NCBI RefSeq assembly: GCF_009914755.1 | Contig: NC_060928.1 | Reading direction: 5' to 3' (one strand) | From: the human T2T-CHM13v2.0 reference genome, Homo sapiens | Length of the DNA stretch: 64,000 nucleotides | Part shown: piece after piece, positions 1 to 22,414 of the stretch | How the letters are laid out: every line of letters begins with the position of its first letter | How positions within the stretch are numbered: position 1 is the stretch's first letter | Notes under the pieces: model-generated | What the model was told of the DNA's origin: nothing | The model's database searches: none | Seen by the model: the letters and a program-made list of their open reading frames with translations, nothing else | Program-made: the position numbers and the translations under genes

Positions 1-243
1 GAGGTCGAGGTGGGCGGATCACCTGAGGTCGGGAGTTCGAGACCAGCCTGACCAACATGGAGAAACCCCGTCTCTACTAAAAATACAAAATTAGCCAGGT
101 GTGGTGGCACATGCCCGTAATCCCAGCTACTAGGGAGGCTGAGGCAGGAGAATCTCTTGAACGTGGGAGGTGGAGGTTGCGGTGAGCCGAGATTGCACCA
201 GCCTGGGCAACAAGAGCGAAACTCCGTCTCAAAAAAAAAAAAG
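1..243 (+). mobile_element. Alu (AluSp-like), 5' part outside window
   Basis: GTCGGGAGTTCGAGACCAGCCTGACCAACATGGAGAAACCCC diagnostic sequence, poly(A) tail. Confidence 0.9.
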
Positions 244-468
244 AAATATGCCTTTGGAGAATGTAAATTGCCGCAAATATTCTCTCTTGACTAGACATGA
301 GAGATATCCTTATTCTCATACTGTGTTTACAATTTAGCTTACATTTCAAGTTCTTTCAGCTGTGACTTTGCTTTCTTTTAGGGTGTTGAAAGAGAATGAT
401 GCTAACTTGTAACACCAAACTGTAGATAAGGTTATTCTTAGGATATTTGGAAATGAATTTGTATTGTA

Positions 469-807
469 CAGTAGCTCCCCTTTATTCATAGGGCATATGG
501 TCCAGGCCCCCCAGTGGATGCCTGAAGCCCCAGATAGTACTGAACCCATTGTATACTGTTTTCTCCTATACAGCCATACCTGTGATAAAGTTTAACTTAT
601 AAATTAGACATAGTAAGGGATTACGACAATGACTAATAATAAATTGAACAGTCATCGCATTATACTTTAATAAAAGTTATGTGGATGTGGTCTCTCTCTC
701 TCTCTCAAAATATCTTATTGTATCATAGTCATCTATTTTTGGACCGCAGTTGACTGCAGGCAACCTAAACTGCAGAAAATGAAACTGTGGATAAGGGAGG
801 ACTATTA
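469..807 (-). mobile_element. MER44A-like TcMar-Tigger DNA transposon
   Basis: TIR-like ends cagtagctcccc / ggataagggaggacta flanked by TA; internal sequence matches MER44. Confidence 0.8.
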
Positions 808-1924
808 TAGTTAGTGTTGGGTTAGAAAATAGTGCAACAGTCTTAGTGAATTTTGAGTGAAATTAGGAATGAGATGACTTGACTTACATTCGCAAGAAAA
901 AAAAAAGCAAGACAGAAAGAAAATGAGAGATTCTCTTTAATACAGGAACTAGTGTTATCTAATATGACATGCTAGTAACTTGAAATAATTAAAATGTATA
1001 GCACAGTAGTGTCTTCTTTCAAAAGCATACCAGAATTTGAGTAGAGTGAACTTTAATACTTAATCACATTTATTGATTTTATAATGTTTTATTTCTCTCA
1101 CTCTCTATGAGTTTGGCCTCCTTTTCTAGCTTTGAAGGGTATGAAACTGCAGGCTAAATATGTATTTTAAAAAAGAAATCATTCACTGGCACTGTGTTGT
1201 TGAGGAGGAGATATTTAGTTTCTCTTCACCTAGCTAAGCTACCATGTCAATCTATATACATCCTAATTCTTAAATGCCCTTATATCCATAATGCTTGTGG
1301 CATTTTACAATATTAAAAGCAATTAATTTTTCCTGTTAGAGAATATATAATCTGAGCAAACAGGATTGACAGGAAAATATCACTCATAAATGATCTATTT
1401 TAAATGATTCTATAAAGCCTACAAAGCTCATTTGCTCATATTTTGAAGGTCATAGGGTCTAAGCTTTGTGGAATGTTATGAGATAAAGATATAATGAATA
1501 CATTCAAACCAACACTTCCTTATATTTTGGTACTTTTCTTTGACATGTACGCAATAAATACATTGACCTAACATGTTCACACTGAATTTTGAAACAACCT
1601 CCTGATGCCATGACAGTGAAAGTATGAAATAGCTATTTATTGTACATACGTTTTGCAATCTTCAGCAGCCTCGGGTGCACATTTATTTCTAGAGCTGAGG
1701 GTGGTAGACATAATACTCTCAGCTTCTACTTAATGAAGGCATCAGAATTTTAGCTCCTTCAAGATGTAAGGGAATAAAATTGTGTGATTCAAGAGTCGTC
1801 AGCTGGATGACAATTTTAGATGTGTCTTTAGAGAGAAGGTGATATTGGTGAAATAGGCTCAACAAGAAGACATTTTGCCTAAAATTCAGGCTGTCAAAAT
1901 CATGTGGATATATTTTAAAAGATC

Positions 1925-3630
1925 CAGCTTACTTCTGTTTCTGTCCATGAAAGATTAACTACCACAAGAATTGCCCTCTAACAGCAGGTGATTAGAGAAC
2001 TGGACAAAAATCTAGGAAACAGCTGTTTTCAGACTTCAGGTAACAGTAGAAGACTGTAATTCTTAACTGAAAGGAAACAGATGAAGTGAGCCCTGGGATT
2101 GCACTGTTTGCAGTATGAGGAGAAGGACCCAAACATAGTCTAGTGGTGTGCATGAGTTGATGAGACAGAAGAGAAAAGTTCATTGGCGGAGAAGTGGCTA
2201 GAATATATAGGAAATACCAGAGAGAAGGGAGCTACAGAGATAGAAGAGAGCAAGAGCAGGCAAGTGCCAGTCTAGAGATTTCTAGTAGGGTCTCCTCAAA
2301 TCTTTGACTGAATACTGATTGAGTAGCCATGGTACACAATACCATGAGGCTGGAGAAAGAAAGTGATAGGGCAGTTCTCAGAGCTCACATAGGGCTGGGA
2401 ATAGTTTGTGTTTCCATCAGCCAGCATAGAGACATAGAACCTTGAACAGAAACATCAGAAGGGTAATGCCATAGTAGTGGGACCAAATTAGTCTGAGGCT
2501 AGTGCTGCATTGGACTTCTTCTAACAAAAATTGAAAGCAAACATTGAAAGGATCAAATTGATTTAAAATAATTTATTTGTGTGCTAGAACAAAGTCCAGG
2601 ATCCTTTAAGATAATACAGTAAAATCCAGCACCAAGAATGTAAAATTCACAATGGCCAGTATCTAGTCAGAATTTTTCATGTGTATTGGGGATGAGAGTA
2701 GTGTGGAGGGGCAAAAGAGGGCTTACCAAGAGGGCATCAGGAAACCTTTGGGAGTGTTGGGTATATTCTAAAAGTGTATTGACAGTTACATGTGTATATA
2801 CATGTGTCAACACTTATGTATGTAGTTTAAACATATTCACTTTATTATATGCTAGTTATACATCAATAAAGCTGTTAAGAATGATCAGGTATGCAAAGAA
2901 GCAAGGAAATATGATCCACAACAAAAAGAAGAAATGACAGGTACAATTTAATTAGCAGACAAACATGTTAAAACATGTTATACATATGCTCAAGAATGTA
3001 AAGGAAAATGTGAAAATGGGGAGAAAAAATATATTAAAAAAAACAAAATGGAACTTCTACAGATTAAAAATACAATATCAGAAATAAAATAACTATATGG
3101 GAGTAACAGCTGATTATACATTACCAAATAAAAGATCAGTGAAGTTAAAGACATAGGAATAGAAACTACCGAAAATGAATTACACAGAGAAAACAAAGTC
3201 TGGTAAAAATTTATCAGCATGTCAGTGTCCTGTGGTTCAATATCAGATAGTTAGACATGTGTAATTAAAGTTCCCTAGAAACAGCAGGGGAGGAAATCAC
3301 AACAATTATTTGCAGAAACTGAAATTATTAATCCATCAATATAGGAAATTCAACAAACCCAAGGCAGAATGAAAAAAAAAGATCATACCAAAGCACATCA
3401 TAATCATATTGCCAGAAATCAATGGTAAAGAGAAAATCTTAAAAGTAGCCATAGAAAAAGTCATTATGTACAGTGGAATAAAGATAAGAATTACAACAGA
3501 CTCCTCATCAGAAATAATACAAACTATAAGATAGTGGAGTGGTATTTTAAGAGTACCAATACTAAAAGAAAAACTGTCAACCTAGATTTCTATACGTAGT
3601 GAAAATATCTTTTAAATTGAAGGCAAAACA
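1925..3630 (+). mobile_element. Old L1 (L1M-type) 5'UTR/ORF1 remnants
   Basis: Degenerate ORF1 motifs such as accaaagcacatcataatca and gagaaaatcttaaaagtagc; A-rich sense strand. Confidence 0.7.
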
Positions 3631-4790
3631 GCCAGTATAAAAATGGGCAAGAGACTTCAATAGACATTTCTGCAAAGATATACAAATGGCCAATAAGCAT
3701 ATGAAAAGATGATAAACATCACTAGTCATTAGGGAAATGCAAATCAAAATTACAAGGAGATATCACTTCACACCTATTAGGAAAGCTATTACTTAAAAAA
3801 AAAAAACAACTGACTAACACAGGTTGGACATTGGTATATAAGTATCTGTTTGAGTCTCTGCTTTCGGTTCTTTGGGGTATATATCCAGAAGTGGAATTGT
3901 TCGATCACAAGGTAATTCTAAATTTAACTTTTTGATATATATCTATATAGATTTTGATACATATCTTCTAATCTAGGAAGATATTTGTTATAAAGAATTG
4001 GCTGACACAATTATGGAAACTGGCGAGTCCAGATTTGCGGCATGGGCTGACAAACTGGAGGCACAGGAGAGCCAGTACAGTTCCAGTCCAAAGACCAGCA
4101 GCCTGGAGACCCAGGAAAGCTGATGGTGCAGATGAAGTCTGAAGGCTGGCAGGCGGAGACCCAGGAAAGCTGGCAGTGCAGATGAAGTCCAAAGGCAGTC
4201 TGTTGAATTCCTACTAGGTTAGAGAGGTCAGTTTTTTTATTCTGATCAGGGCTTCAACTGATTGGATGAGGTATATTCACATTATGGAGGGCAATCTGTA
4301 TACTCAGAGTTCACCAGTTTAAAAATTAATCTTATCCAAAAATATCCTCCAAATTGACACATAAAATTAACTATTACATACCTACAACCTATGTGTCCAT
4401 CACAGGTAAATGTCAACAAAATATGGCATATACATATAATGCAATATTATTAAGCTTTAAAACATAATGAAATTCTGGTACATACTACAACATGGATGAA
4501 CCTTGAAAACATTATGTTAAGTGAAATAAGCCAGACACAAAAGAACAAATATGATTCATCTTATGTAAGGTACCTAGAATAAGCAATTTCATAGACACAG
4601 AAAATAGAACAGTGGTTACCAGGGGCTGAGGAAGAAGAGAAAGGAGTTACTGTTTAATAGGGACAGAGTTTCAGTTTAGAACAATGAAAAATTTCAGGAA
4701 ATGACCAGTGATAATGGTTGCACTTAATACCACATGATTGTATACTTAAATGGTAAGTCTTAACATTTATATTTTACCACAAAAATAAAG
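3630..4790 (+). mobile_element. L1MB-type 3' end, interrupted by an inverted segment and an MLT2 LTR
   Basis: aaatgggcaa..agacatttc..gaaatgcaaatcaaa and catggatgaaccttgaaaacattatg L1 3' motifs. Confidence 0.75.
3965..4378 (-). mobile_element. MLT2B-like ERVL LTR (one end missing)
   Basis: aagaattggctgacacaattatgga...ttgacacataaaattaactattaca; internal ~45-bp duplicated unit ggagacccaggaaagctg..gcagatgaagtc. Confidence 0.8.
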
Positions 4791-5164
4791 AATAAAATAA
4801 TTTTTCAGACAAACAAGAGAACTGAGTGCCTGCAGAGCTGTAACATATTAGATGTTAAAGGTAATGTCTTCAAGCAGAGGGAAAATGATACCACCTGGAA
4901 ATTTGGATCTAAATAAAATAATGAAAAATGTTAGAGATGATACATATTCAAATACAAGACTTTTTAAATAATTTGAAGTCTCTTTAAATAAAAATGCCTA
5001 TTTAAACAAAGATAATAAAATAGGTTGTGAGGTTTATAAAATATTTAAAAGCAAAATATAAGACATCACAGAATGGGGGAGAACGGAAGGATGCTGTCAT
5101 AAGGCACTTTGACTATTCATAAAGTAGTGACTTTTATTGGAAGTAGACTGCACATTTTATACAT

Positions 5165-5966
5165 TAGAGCAAACTTTTTCTATAAAGATCCAAATAGTAA
5201 ATATTTTAGATGTTGCAGGTATAGTAAGCAGAATTCTAAAATATTTTCCAATCCTCCAAGGTTTTCCCCTCCCCCACCTTTCCTAGTATGCATGCCTTTC
5301 ATAATTTCCAGGCTGAATATGATTCATTATTTAATATGGCAGAGTTAACTTTAAGATAGAGAAATTATTCTGGGTGGTAGAGAAATTATCCTGGGGAACT
5401 GGAGGTAACACACAAGCCCTTTAAAGACAGAATTTCTCTGGCTGGTTGTAGGGGAGGACATTAGATGTCAAAGCATAAGAGGGTTTAAATGTACCATTGC
5501 TGGATTACAGAGGGAGAGGCCAACATGGGAAGAAACTGAGAGCAACCTTGACTGATAGCCAGCAAGGAATACAAGTCTCAGTCCTAGAGCCACAAGGAAC
5601 TGAATGCTGCCAAAAGTGAGAATGAAGTTTGGAGTGGATTTTTCTGCAAAGCCCCAGATGACAACTCAGCCTGGCTAACACCCTGATTTCAGCTTTGTGA
5701 TAATTTGACCAGAGAGCCCAGAGAACCTAGTGAGCTATTAAATAATTGTAATTAATTTTAAGCTGCTAAGTCTGTGGTAATTTGTCCTGCAGCATCAGAA
5801 AACTCATATAGCAGGCCATGTGCAGTCTCTGGTGCAGATTTTTGCTCTTTTTTTCTACTTTTCTTGGATAATAGTTAAACATTTACAAACCTTTATTAAC
5901 TTGTGGGCCATAAAACAAAAACAAAAATCAGGCCACAAGATGAGCTGTCATTTGCTGATTCCTGCC
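5165..5966. mobile_element. MER58-like hAT-Charlie element split by an MLT1 LTR
   Basis: gcaaactttttctataaag..aatagtaaatattttag on the left and ..atttgctgattcctg on the right. Confidence 0.7.
5220..5810 (+). mobile_element. MLT1E/F-type MaLR solo LTR
   Basis: Starts tatagtaagcagaattctaa, ends ttaagctgctaagtctgtggtaatttg..gaaaactcatata; 5-bp TSD GCAGG at 5215-5219 and 5811-5815. Confidence 0.85.
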
Positions 5967-6000
5967 CTAGAGTATCCACTTTAAAAAAAAAAAAAAAAAT

Positions 6001-8130
<2,130 letters not shown>

Positions 8131-8131
8131 T

Positions 8132-8433
<302 letters not shown>

Positions 8434-8435
8434 TA

Positions 8436-8782
8436 TAGTTACGTGCCAAATAAATGACACTGCAGTCAATGACAAACCACATATATATGATGGTAGTCCC
8501 ATGAGATTATGATGCCATGTTTTTGCTATACCCTTTCTATCTTTTGATATGTTTAGATACACAAATGCTTACAATTATGTTACAGTTGCCTACAGTTTTC
8601 AGTACAGTAACATGCTGTACAGGTTTGTAGCCTAAGACAATAGGCTATGCCAAGTGGCCTAGGTGTGTAGCAGGCTATGCTATCTGGTTCTGTGTAAGTG
8701 TACTCTGTGATATTCACGTGATAGCAGAATTGCCCAACATCGTATTTCTAAGAGTGTAATCTGATGAAGTGACACATGACTA
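8436..8782 (+). mobile_element. Tigger3a (MER7A) DNA transposon
   Basis: Matches Tigger3a core: gatggtagtcccatgagattat, tgtttagatacacaaat, tgctgtacaggtttgtagccta. Confidence 0.85.
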
Positions 8783-9153
8783 AACTTTATTATGGGAAAT
8801 ACTAAACAATATACATGAGTAGAGAGAATAGTATAATTTTCTCCCATATTTCCGTCACATCTCATCCATTTTATCTTTTACTTTCAGCCTACCCTCTGAA
8901 TTATTTTCATGACAACTTGAAATAGTGTATCATTCACCTGTAAACATTTCAGCATGTATTTTTAAAGCTAAGAAGAAAGTAACTACAATGCCATTATTAT
9001 TTTTGAAAAGTTAACTAGAATTCTTTATTGCTGTCCAAATGCCTTATCAATATTTATGTTTCTCATTTGTTTTTCTATTGGCTTTTTTGAATCAGGGTGT
9101 AAATATGGTCTATATATTGCAATTGGTAAATATATTTCTGAAGTCTAATTTTA

Positions 9154-9478
9154 TTTTATTTTTTATTTATTGTCTTTTTTTGAGACGGAGTCTCACCTTG
9201 TCTTACCCAGAAGTCTTACCCAGGCTGAAGGGCAGTGCGGCAATCTCGGCTCACTGCAACGTCTGCCTCCTGGGTTCAAGTGATTCTCCTGCCTCAGCCT
9301 CCTGAGTAGCTGGGACTATAGGCACCTGCCACCATGCCCAGCTAATTTTTGTGTTTTTAGTAGAGACAGGATTTAGCCATGTTGGCCAGGCTGGTCTCGA
9401 ACTCCTGACCTCAGGCTATCCCCCCCACCTCGGCCTCCCAAAGTGCTGGGATTACAGGTGTGTGCCACCGCACCCAGC
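9154..9478 (-). mobile_element. AluS with ~15-bp TSD
   Basis: TSD tgaagtctaatttta on both sides; small internal duplication gtcttacccag. Confidence 0.9.
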
Positions 9479-9986
9479 TGAAGTCTAATTTTAATCGCCC
9501 TCTTTTCTTTGTAACTTAAAACAAAACAAAACAAAACTAGGTCATTTGTAGAATTCCTCGCTGTCTGATTTTTGTATCTTACATCCCCATGGTGTACTTA
9601 AATTCCTTTGTTCCTATAATTCCTGTAAATTATTAATTAGATGTAGAGGATTATGAGATCTAGTTTTTTTGGGGCGGGGACATTCACCATGGGTTGTGCT
9701 GTATATATCCATCATGAAGTGCATGTCTCTTTTTTATTGTAGTAGTAATTTATCGTCTAGATTTGTTATTTCGTTAGGGATTGCAAAAATATTACAGTCT
9801 AAGTATACCATTCCTTATTTATTTATTTATTTGTTGGAATACCTCTATAAAGAGAAACTTTCCCCCTGCATCACCACTTCTGTTTGTTATTTACTGATCC
9901 TCAGCTCATATTGGAAAGATAGATGAAATTATAAACTGTGCCATATCTCTGTCTAGCACCTGCCAGAGATAACCAACAGAGTTGAG

Positions 9987-10372
<386 letters not shown>

Positions 10373-11124
10373 TGACATGTTTTAGGTCATTGTAATTATT
10401 ATGCTTATTGATCCACAACTTTTCCTATCTTGTGATAATGGAACCTCTTTATGTTGACTCCTCATACCTTTGATCCTAGTATTCTGAAAGTTTTCTTTTA
10501 CTCTGGCCTGAAAAGATGTTTTTGACTTTTTTTTTGCACTAGACCTGGAATCAGACATTTATTCAAGAAACTCTTTTTGTAAAATGTTGTATTTACAGAC
10601 CATGCTCTATATGCATGAGTGTTTATTGCAACTGAATTGGCAATAAAATTGAACTTGTGTGTAAGTTCTTATCTTACTGTATTTAAAATACATACATTAC
10701 CAGTAATTACAACAGTGTGATAGTGACACAAAAATAGGAAGATCAATGGAACTGAACATCCACAAATAGGCAGAAACATCTTGTTGAATTTAAAATATAA
10801 TGAAAGTAGCACTTTTTATGATTAGAATAAAACTGGATTATTCAGTGAATGTGTAAGGATATCTCTTTGCCCATGTTAAAAGAAATTAAATAAAGGTGAA
10901 AAGAAAATAAAGGTGAGTCCCTACCTTACTTTTTGTATCAAAGTAATTCCAGATGGACCAGTAATTTAAACATGAAAAGTCCAATCATGAGCTCATTTAA
11001 ATTAGTCACAAAACATTTAAAGAAAAGATCGAGAAAACAATGGGGGAGTAGCAGACAAAGCCAACCTGCTGGTAAGACATTTTAAAAATCAAATGCAATA
11101 ACTAACAGGATGAGAAGCCTTTAG

Positions 11125-11300
11125 TCGTTCATTCATTAAGCAGTTATTTATTTAGTGCTTCATGTATGCCAGACACTGTTTTACACAAGTGATGTAGCAG
11201 AGAACAGATACATTTCAGACACTATTCTAGGCAGTGAGATGTAGCATAAACAAAACAAACAAAAGTAACTGCTCTCATGGAGCTTATGCTGTATTGGGGT
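11125..11300 (-). mobile_element. L2 3' fragment
   Basis: ttcattcatt..tatttagtgct..tgccagacact..ctcatggagctta. Confidence 0.6.
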
Positions 11301-11455
11301 GGGGAGATTTGAACAACTAAGTTAATAAGCTTGGTCTAATGGTTGTATGTGGAGCCCACCAAATATTGAATGCAGATTTCTTTCCATTACTCATAAAAAT
11401 TAACCACATGCTAGTCATAAAGCTGCCCTTAAAAAATTAATACAATGGATTATGA

Positions 11456-15270
<3,815 letters not shown>

Positions 15271-15289
15271 TAAAGTGGTTTCCTGGTGG

Positions 15290-15592
15290 GTTTTTGTTGT
15301 TATTGTTTTGAGACAGAGTCTCGCTCTTTCGCCAAGGCTGGAGTGCAGCGGCTCAATCCGGCTCACTTTAACCTCCACCTCCTGGGCTCAAGCAATCCTC
15401 CCACCTCAGCTTCCTGAGAAGCTGAGACTACAGGTGCACTCCATCACAACCTGGTAAATTTTGTATTTTTTGTAGAGCTGGGGTTTTGCCGCATTGCGTA
15501 AGCTAATCTCAAACCCCTGGGCTCAGGCAATCTTCCTTCCTCGGCCTCTCAAATTAAATTGGGATTAGAAGCGTGAGCCACCACACCCAGCC
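15290..15592 (-). mobile_element. AluJ, followed by a short Alu fragment (~15600-15648)
   Basis: Diverged antisense Alu. Confidence 0.85.
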
Positions 15593-15748
15593 TCCTATTG
15601 TTTTTTTAAGAGTGGCAGGGTCTCGCTACGGTACCTAGGCTGGACCTGAATAAAAAAGGACGTTAGTGAAAAATCTGGGGAAATTCAAAAAAGTCTGTAG
15701 TTTAGTTAATAGTATAGAATGAATGTTGGAGAAAAACTTAAAGCTTTA

Positions 15749-16252
<504 letters not shown>

Positions 16253-16655
16253 TCAAAAGTAAGAAGAGAAAATGAGCAAATAAAAAAGTACAGGAAATGA
16301 ACACATGCTTAAGAAATAAAGAGACATGAGAAAATTTATACTATTACATTTAAATTTTGAAGTGAAATGACTAAATTCGTATTGAAATATTATTAACCAA
16401 AACTGATTCGAGATGATAGAAAAAATCTGAATGGCTCTATTACCATGAGTGAAATTCCAGAGAAACCCTCAAGATTAGCCTAGCACAACTTTGACATCAA
16501 ATTGTGACAAGATTGTATGAACAAAATATAAGCCAACCATATTCATAAGCAAAGAAGCAAAATTCCAAAACAAAACATTGTAAACTAAATACAGCAACAT
16601 TTTAAAATTATATATAATAGCTAAGGTGGGCTTATCCTAGGAATATACAATTTAG

Positions 16656-17036
<381 letters not shown>

Positions 17037-17162
17037 CAGAGAAAGCATTTTGATAAATTCAGCTTTTATTCATGTTTTTAAAAATTGATTCAACGAGGAA
17101 TGAGTGCTACAGAATAGGACATAGGGAATGAAGGAGAGCAGGTTGCAGGATTTTTGTTACTG

Positions 17163-17287
17163 TTTTGGTTTTTTGTTTAAGAGACAGCATTGTTGTCCAG
17201 CTTGGACTCAAACTTCTGGGCTCAAGTGATCATCCTGCCTCAGCCTCCCGAGTAGCTGGGACTACAGGTACACACCACCACACCCAG
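17163..17287 (-). mobile_element. Alu monomer (FLAM-like)
   Basis: gggctcaagtgatcatcctgcctcagcctcccgagtagctggg. Confidence 0.75.
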
Positions 17288-17699
17288 TTTGGTTGCAGTT
17301 CTGAATAGGTGTTCAGAAGAAGTCTCATTGAGAAGGCAAAATTTGAGCAAAGACTGGACAGCAGTGATGAAGAAATCAGTCAGGTGGGGGAGAATCAGCG
17401 TACATACAGGTTTTGACACAGGAGAAGGTGTGGGATCTTCCAGAAACAATTTGAAGTCAAATGTGGCCTCAATAGAGAAAGGAAGAGAGTTAATCCAGGT
17501 GATGGAATGAAGACAAAAGAGCGTGTCGGCCTGACACACCACTGGAAAGGTTGTGGATGCGCATCTGAAATGGGAAGCCATTTGACCATATGTTTATTAT
17601 TTGTGTTTAATGTTTGCTAATTTAATTGGTATGTAATGACATAATGCTTTTGTCTTTATTAGTAGATGATTTTTAAATGATGTTTTACCATGTGTATTT

Positions 17700-18590
<891 letters not shown>

Positions 18591-18612
18591 TGTATTTTTT
18601 TTTTCTTTTTAA

Positions 18613-19011
<399 letters not shown>

Positions 19012-20069
19012 TAAATGTTTTATGTAATTTTTCTCATTGGCTTTTGTTTTATTTCCTTTTTATTATTGTTAAACAAAAGATTTAAAAAAAATAATTGTGT
19101 TTAGCCATCTCGTTTCTGATGGCCAATTCCATTTATTAGCCATCATACACGGTTCTAGCAGCATCTGGGATTCTGCTTTCCTCTGTGCTTTATGAAAGTT
19201 AAACAATGTTTTATTCTGAATTCTTTGACTATCTATCTGGAGTTGACTTCTTGTTTTCTTTAAAGGTGGCTTCAGAGATGAAGTAGGTGTTGAGGATTTT
19301 CAGTAAGGTGGAAGTGGTAGTCAGGAGAGGGATTTCCAGAAGGAGCAAGTTGACAGTTGCCCTTTATTGGCTTGCTTAAGGAGCTCCCTGCAAGACAGTG
19401 GAGAAAATGGTGAAAAGGGAAGGCAGTCATTAGTAAAATACCATTTTGCTCGTTAGAACTTTAATGTTGCAAGATTCACTTTTAGGGCAAACTTTTGAAA
19501 CCTGTCTGTCTTGTGATCTTTCTAAGGTCTACAGGTTTCCAGAGTTTACTTTTCCTTCATTGTCATCTTCTTTCCCCTTCTTTTAAAATAAAACCTATGA
19601 CACTAGGATTATAAGAAGTGGTAAGAAGCTCTGGATTTTCAGTCCTACTTACCACGTTTAATCACAGTATCTTCCTGGTTTTCTGAAATAACTGAAATCA
19701 ATGTAAAATATCAGTTGCTTTAGCGTAGTTAGTGTAGACAGTGGGAAATGTGCAGAAATTGTGGGCTCTTGCTTCCAATTTAGCACTCTGGGTTGTGAGA
19801 TTTGGCTCCACAGAAATAAAATTAGGTGGTTAGCTACAGCTGTAGTTAAGTTCAGTGATGTGAGAGAAAACACACACACTGGGGATTGTGGGCCTTTCAT
19901 GTCTTCATTTCCAGTGGGATACAGGAATAATGAAGTTTCTAAGGCAGAATAAGGGTCACAGATTTTATTTAGGTCATTTTGCTACAATTCTAATTTGTCT
20001 TTCTTTTTACATGTATTATCATGCCATTAATAACAAAACTTTTTAAATTGTATTTTTAGAAGTTCTCCT

Positions 20070-20270
20070 GGGTTCTAGATAGACTGTGATAGCAGGGTAA
20101 CCTTTAGCAGGTTACTTACCTTTCCTCTTTAGGTCCCGGGTTCTTTACCAATAAAATGAGAATGAAAACTGTATCTAGTAGTGTAGTTTGAGGATTGAAA
20201 ATGGGTATTTGTATTTAGCACAGTGCCTGGAATACGTTAAAAGCACTTATGAACTTAGCTCTCATTATTG
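20070..20270 (+). mobile_element. MIR
   Basis: gcaggttacttacc..taaaatgagaat..ttagcacagtgcctgg. Confidence 0.6.
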
Positions 20271-20819
20271 CTTCCTAGTAGAGTCTACATTGTGCTAAGC
20301 TTCTAGGTCAGCATTAGCTTAATCTTCTAGTTGGGATCTAAGGACATTAGTTTTTACATTCTGTGTCCTACATTTGAGGCTGGGTTAGAGAACAGAAGAG
20401 TGAAAACAGTGATCCTCCAGTAGCTAGAATGATGCCAAGTGGTTCCAAAGAAGAAAGGTTGTTGAACTACTAATTAACACCATACCGATAAAACCAAAAC
20501 AACTAGAAATAATGTCTGCTTGGAAATATTCATTTCACTTATGGGAGCAAACTTTTTGATAGTTCATAAAATGCCATCTTGGTATTTGGGAGCTAAGAAT
20601 CATTCAGGTTGTCCATTAAGAAGACTCCCCAGTATAAAACCAGTAGCGTATAGCCAACTTTAGGTAAACTAAATAATGTGGGGGACAAAGAAAGCACAGG
20701 TTAGCTTCCTATGTGATTGTCACCCAACATAGAATAAAATTTCACTCATATCACCTAAACAGAGGAGAGTCCAACTTTGTCAAGTCAATTTTAGATTTTT
20801 TTTGAATTTCCATTTCTTT

Positions 20820-21290
20820 TGTAATAACACTTAACATGAGATCTGCCCTCTTAACAGAATTTTTAAGTGTATAATATATTCAACTATAAAAACAATGTTG
20901 CACAGCAGAGTTCTAGACTAATTTTCATGTTGCATAACTGAAACTTTATTTCCTGTAGCAACTCTCCTTCTGTACACCTCAGCACCTGGCAACCACCATT
21001 TTGCTTCTATGAGCCTATTTTAGATACTTTATATAAGTGGAATCATACAGTATTTGTCCCTCTGTGACCATCTTGTTTCACTTGGCACAATGTCCTCAAG
21101 GTTCATTCATATTGTCACATATTGCAGACTTTCCTTCTTTTAAAGGCTGCATAATATTCCATTGTATATACACACTATGTTGTTTTAATCCATGCATCTG
21201 TCAATGGACATTTAGAGTATTTCTATATCTTGGCTATTGTGAATCATGCTACAGTGAACATGGGAGCACTAATATCTCTTCAAGATAAAG
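20820..21290 (-). mobile_element. L1MA-type 3' end
   Basis: aacacttaacatgagatct..ggcaaccaccatt..gtggaatcatacagtatttgtcc. Confidence 0.8.
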
Positions 21291-21727
21291 AATGTCTTAA
21301 ACAATTTTTAAAAAAATTTAAATTGACCTATCATCATAATCCAAATGATTTTTTGTGTAATATTTATCTCATGTAATCCAAGTGATTTTAAGACTTCTAT
21401 TTTATGTCAGTAAGATATAGTATTGTTTTAATTCATTATTTCTAAATGGGTTCAATATCATCCTTGTTTTAATCAACTGTTTTCACTTGATTTTTGTATA
21501 TGAGAGAGATAGGGGTCTAGATTCATTCTTCTGCATATGGATATTTAGTTTTCCCAGCACCATTTATTGAAGGGACTGTCCTTTCCCCAGTATATGTTCT
21601 TGGCACCATTGTCAAAAATGAGTTCACTGTATATTTATGGATTTGTTTGCTGGTTTTCTATGTCAATGTGTCTGTCTTTATGCCAGTTGTGTGCTGTTTT
21701 GGTTACTATACCTCTGTTGTATAATTT

Positions 21728-22159
21728 TGAAAAAGGAAAAACTTCAGCCGAATTAAATTTAAAGGAGTTTAATTGAGCAATGAAAGATTCGTGAATCGGG
21801 CGGCCCCCAGAATCACGGCAGACTCACAGAGACTCCAGGGGTGCCTTGTGGTCAGAACAAATTTATAGACAGAAAACGTACAGTGATATACAGGAATTGG
21901 AAGTGAGGTACAGAAACAGCGAGATTGGTTACAGCTTGGTGTTTGCCTTATTTGAACACAGTTGGAACATTCAGCGGTCTATGAGTGGTTGAAGTATGGC
22001 CACTGGGATTGGCCAACACTCAGTTATTGTTACAGGTGTATACTATTAAGTTAGGTTTTCAGTTTTGTCTGACTATTAAGCTAGGTTACAGTTCATCCAC
22101 AAGGTCTCAATTATAGAAGTATGAAGTCCTTCTTAGGCCATATTTAGTTTGCTTTAACA
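21728..22159 (-). mobile_element. MER57-family ERV1 solo LTR
   Basis: Reverse strand begins TGTTAAAGCAAACTAAATATGGCC and ends ..GGCTGAAGTTTTTCCTTTTTCA; 4-bp TSD ATTT (21724-21727, 22160-22163). Confidence 0.88.
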
Positions 22160-22414
22160 ATTTGAAGTCAGGTAATGTGATTCAGTTTTGCTATTTTTGC
22201 TCAGGATATTCTGGGTCTTTTTTGGTTCTGTATAAATCTTAGGATTGTTTTTTCTGTATCTGTGAAAGGATTTTGATAGGGATTGCATTGAATCTGTAGA
22301 TTACTTGGGGTAGTATGGACATTTTAATAATATTGATTCTTCCAATCCATGAACATGGTCTATCTTACCTTTTTTTGTGTGTCCTCTTCAACTTCTTTAA
22401 TCAATGTTTTATAG

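Noticed and set aside
4103-4197. ~45-bp direct repeat suggestive of an array
   Set aside because: Two copies only, internal to the MLT2 LTR, where such duplications are usual; not CRISPR-like.
19245-19310. 37-nt pseudo-exon (ctttaaag|...tca|gtaagg) resembling the exon 5 acceptor
   Set aside because: Such signal pairs are common by chance in a large intron; no other support.
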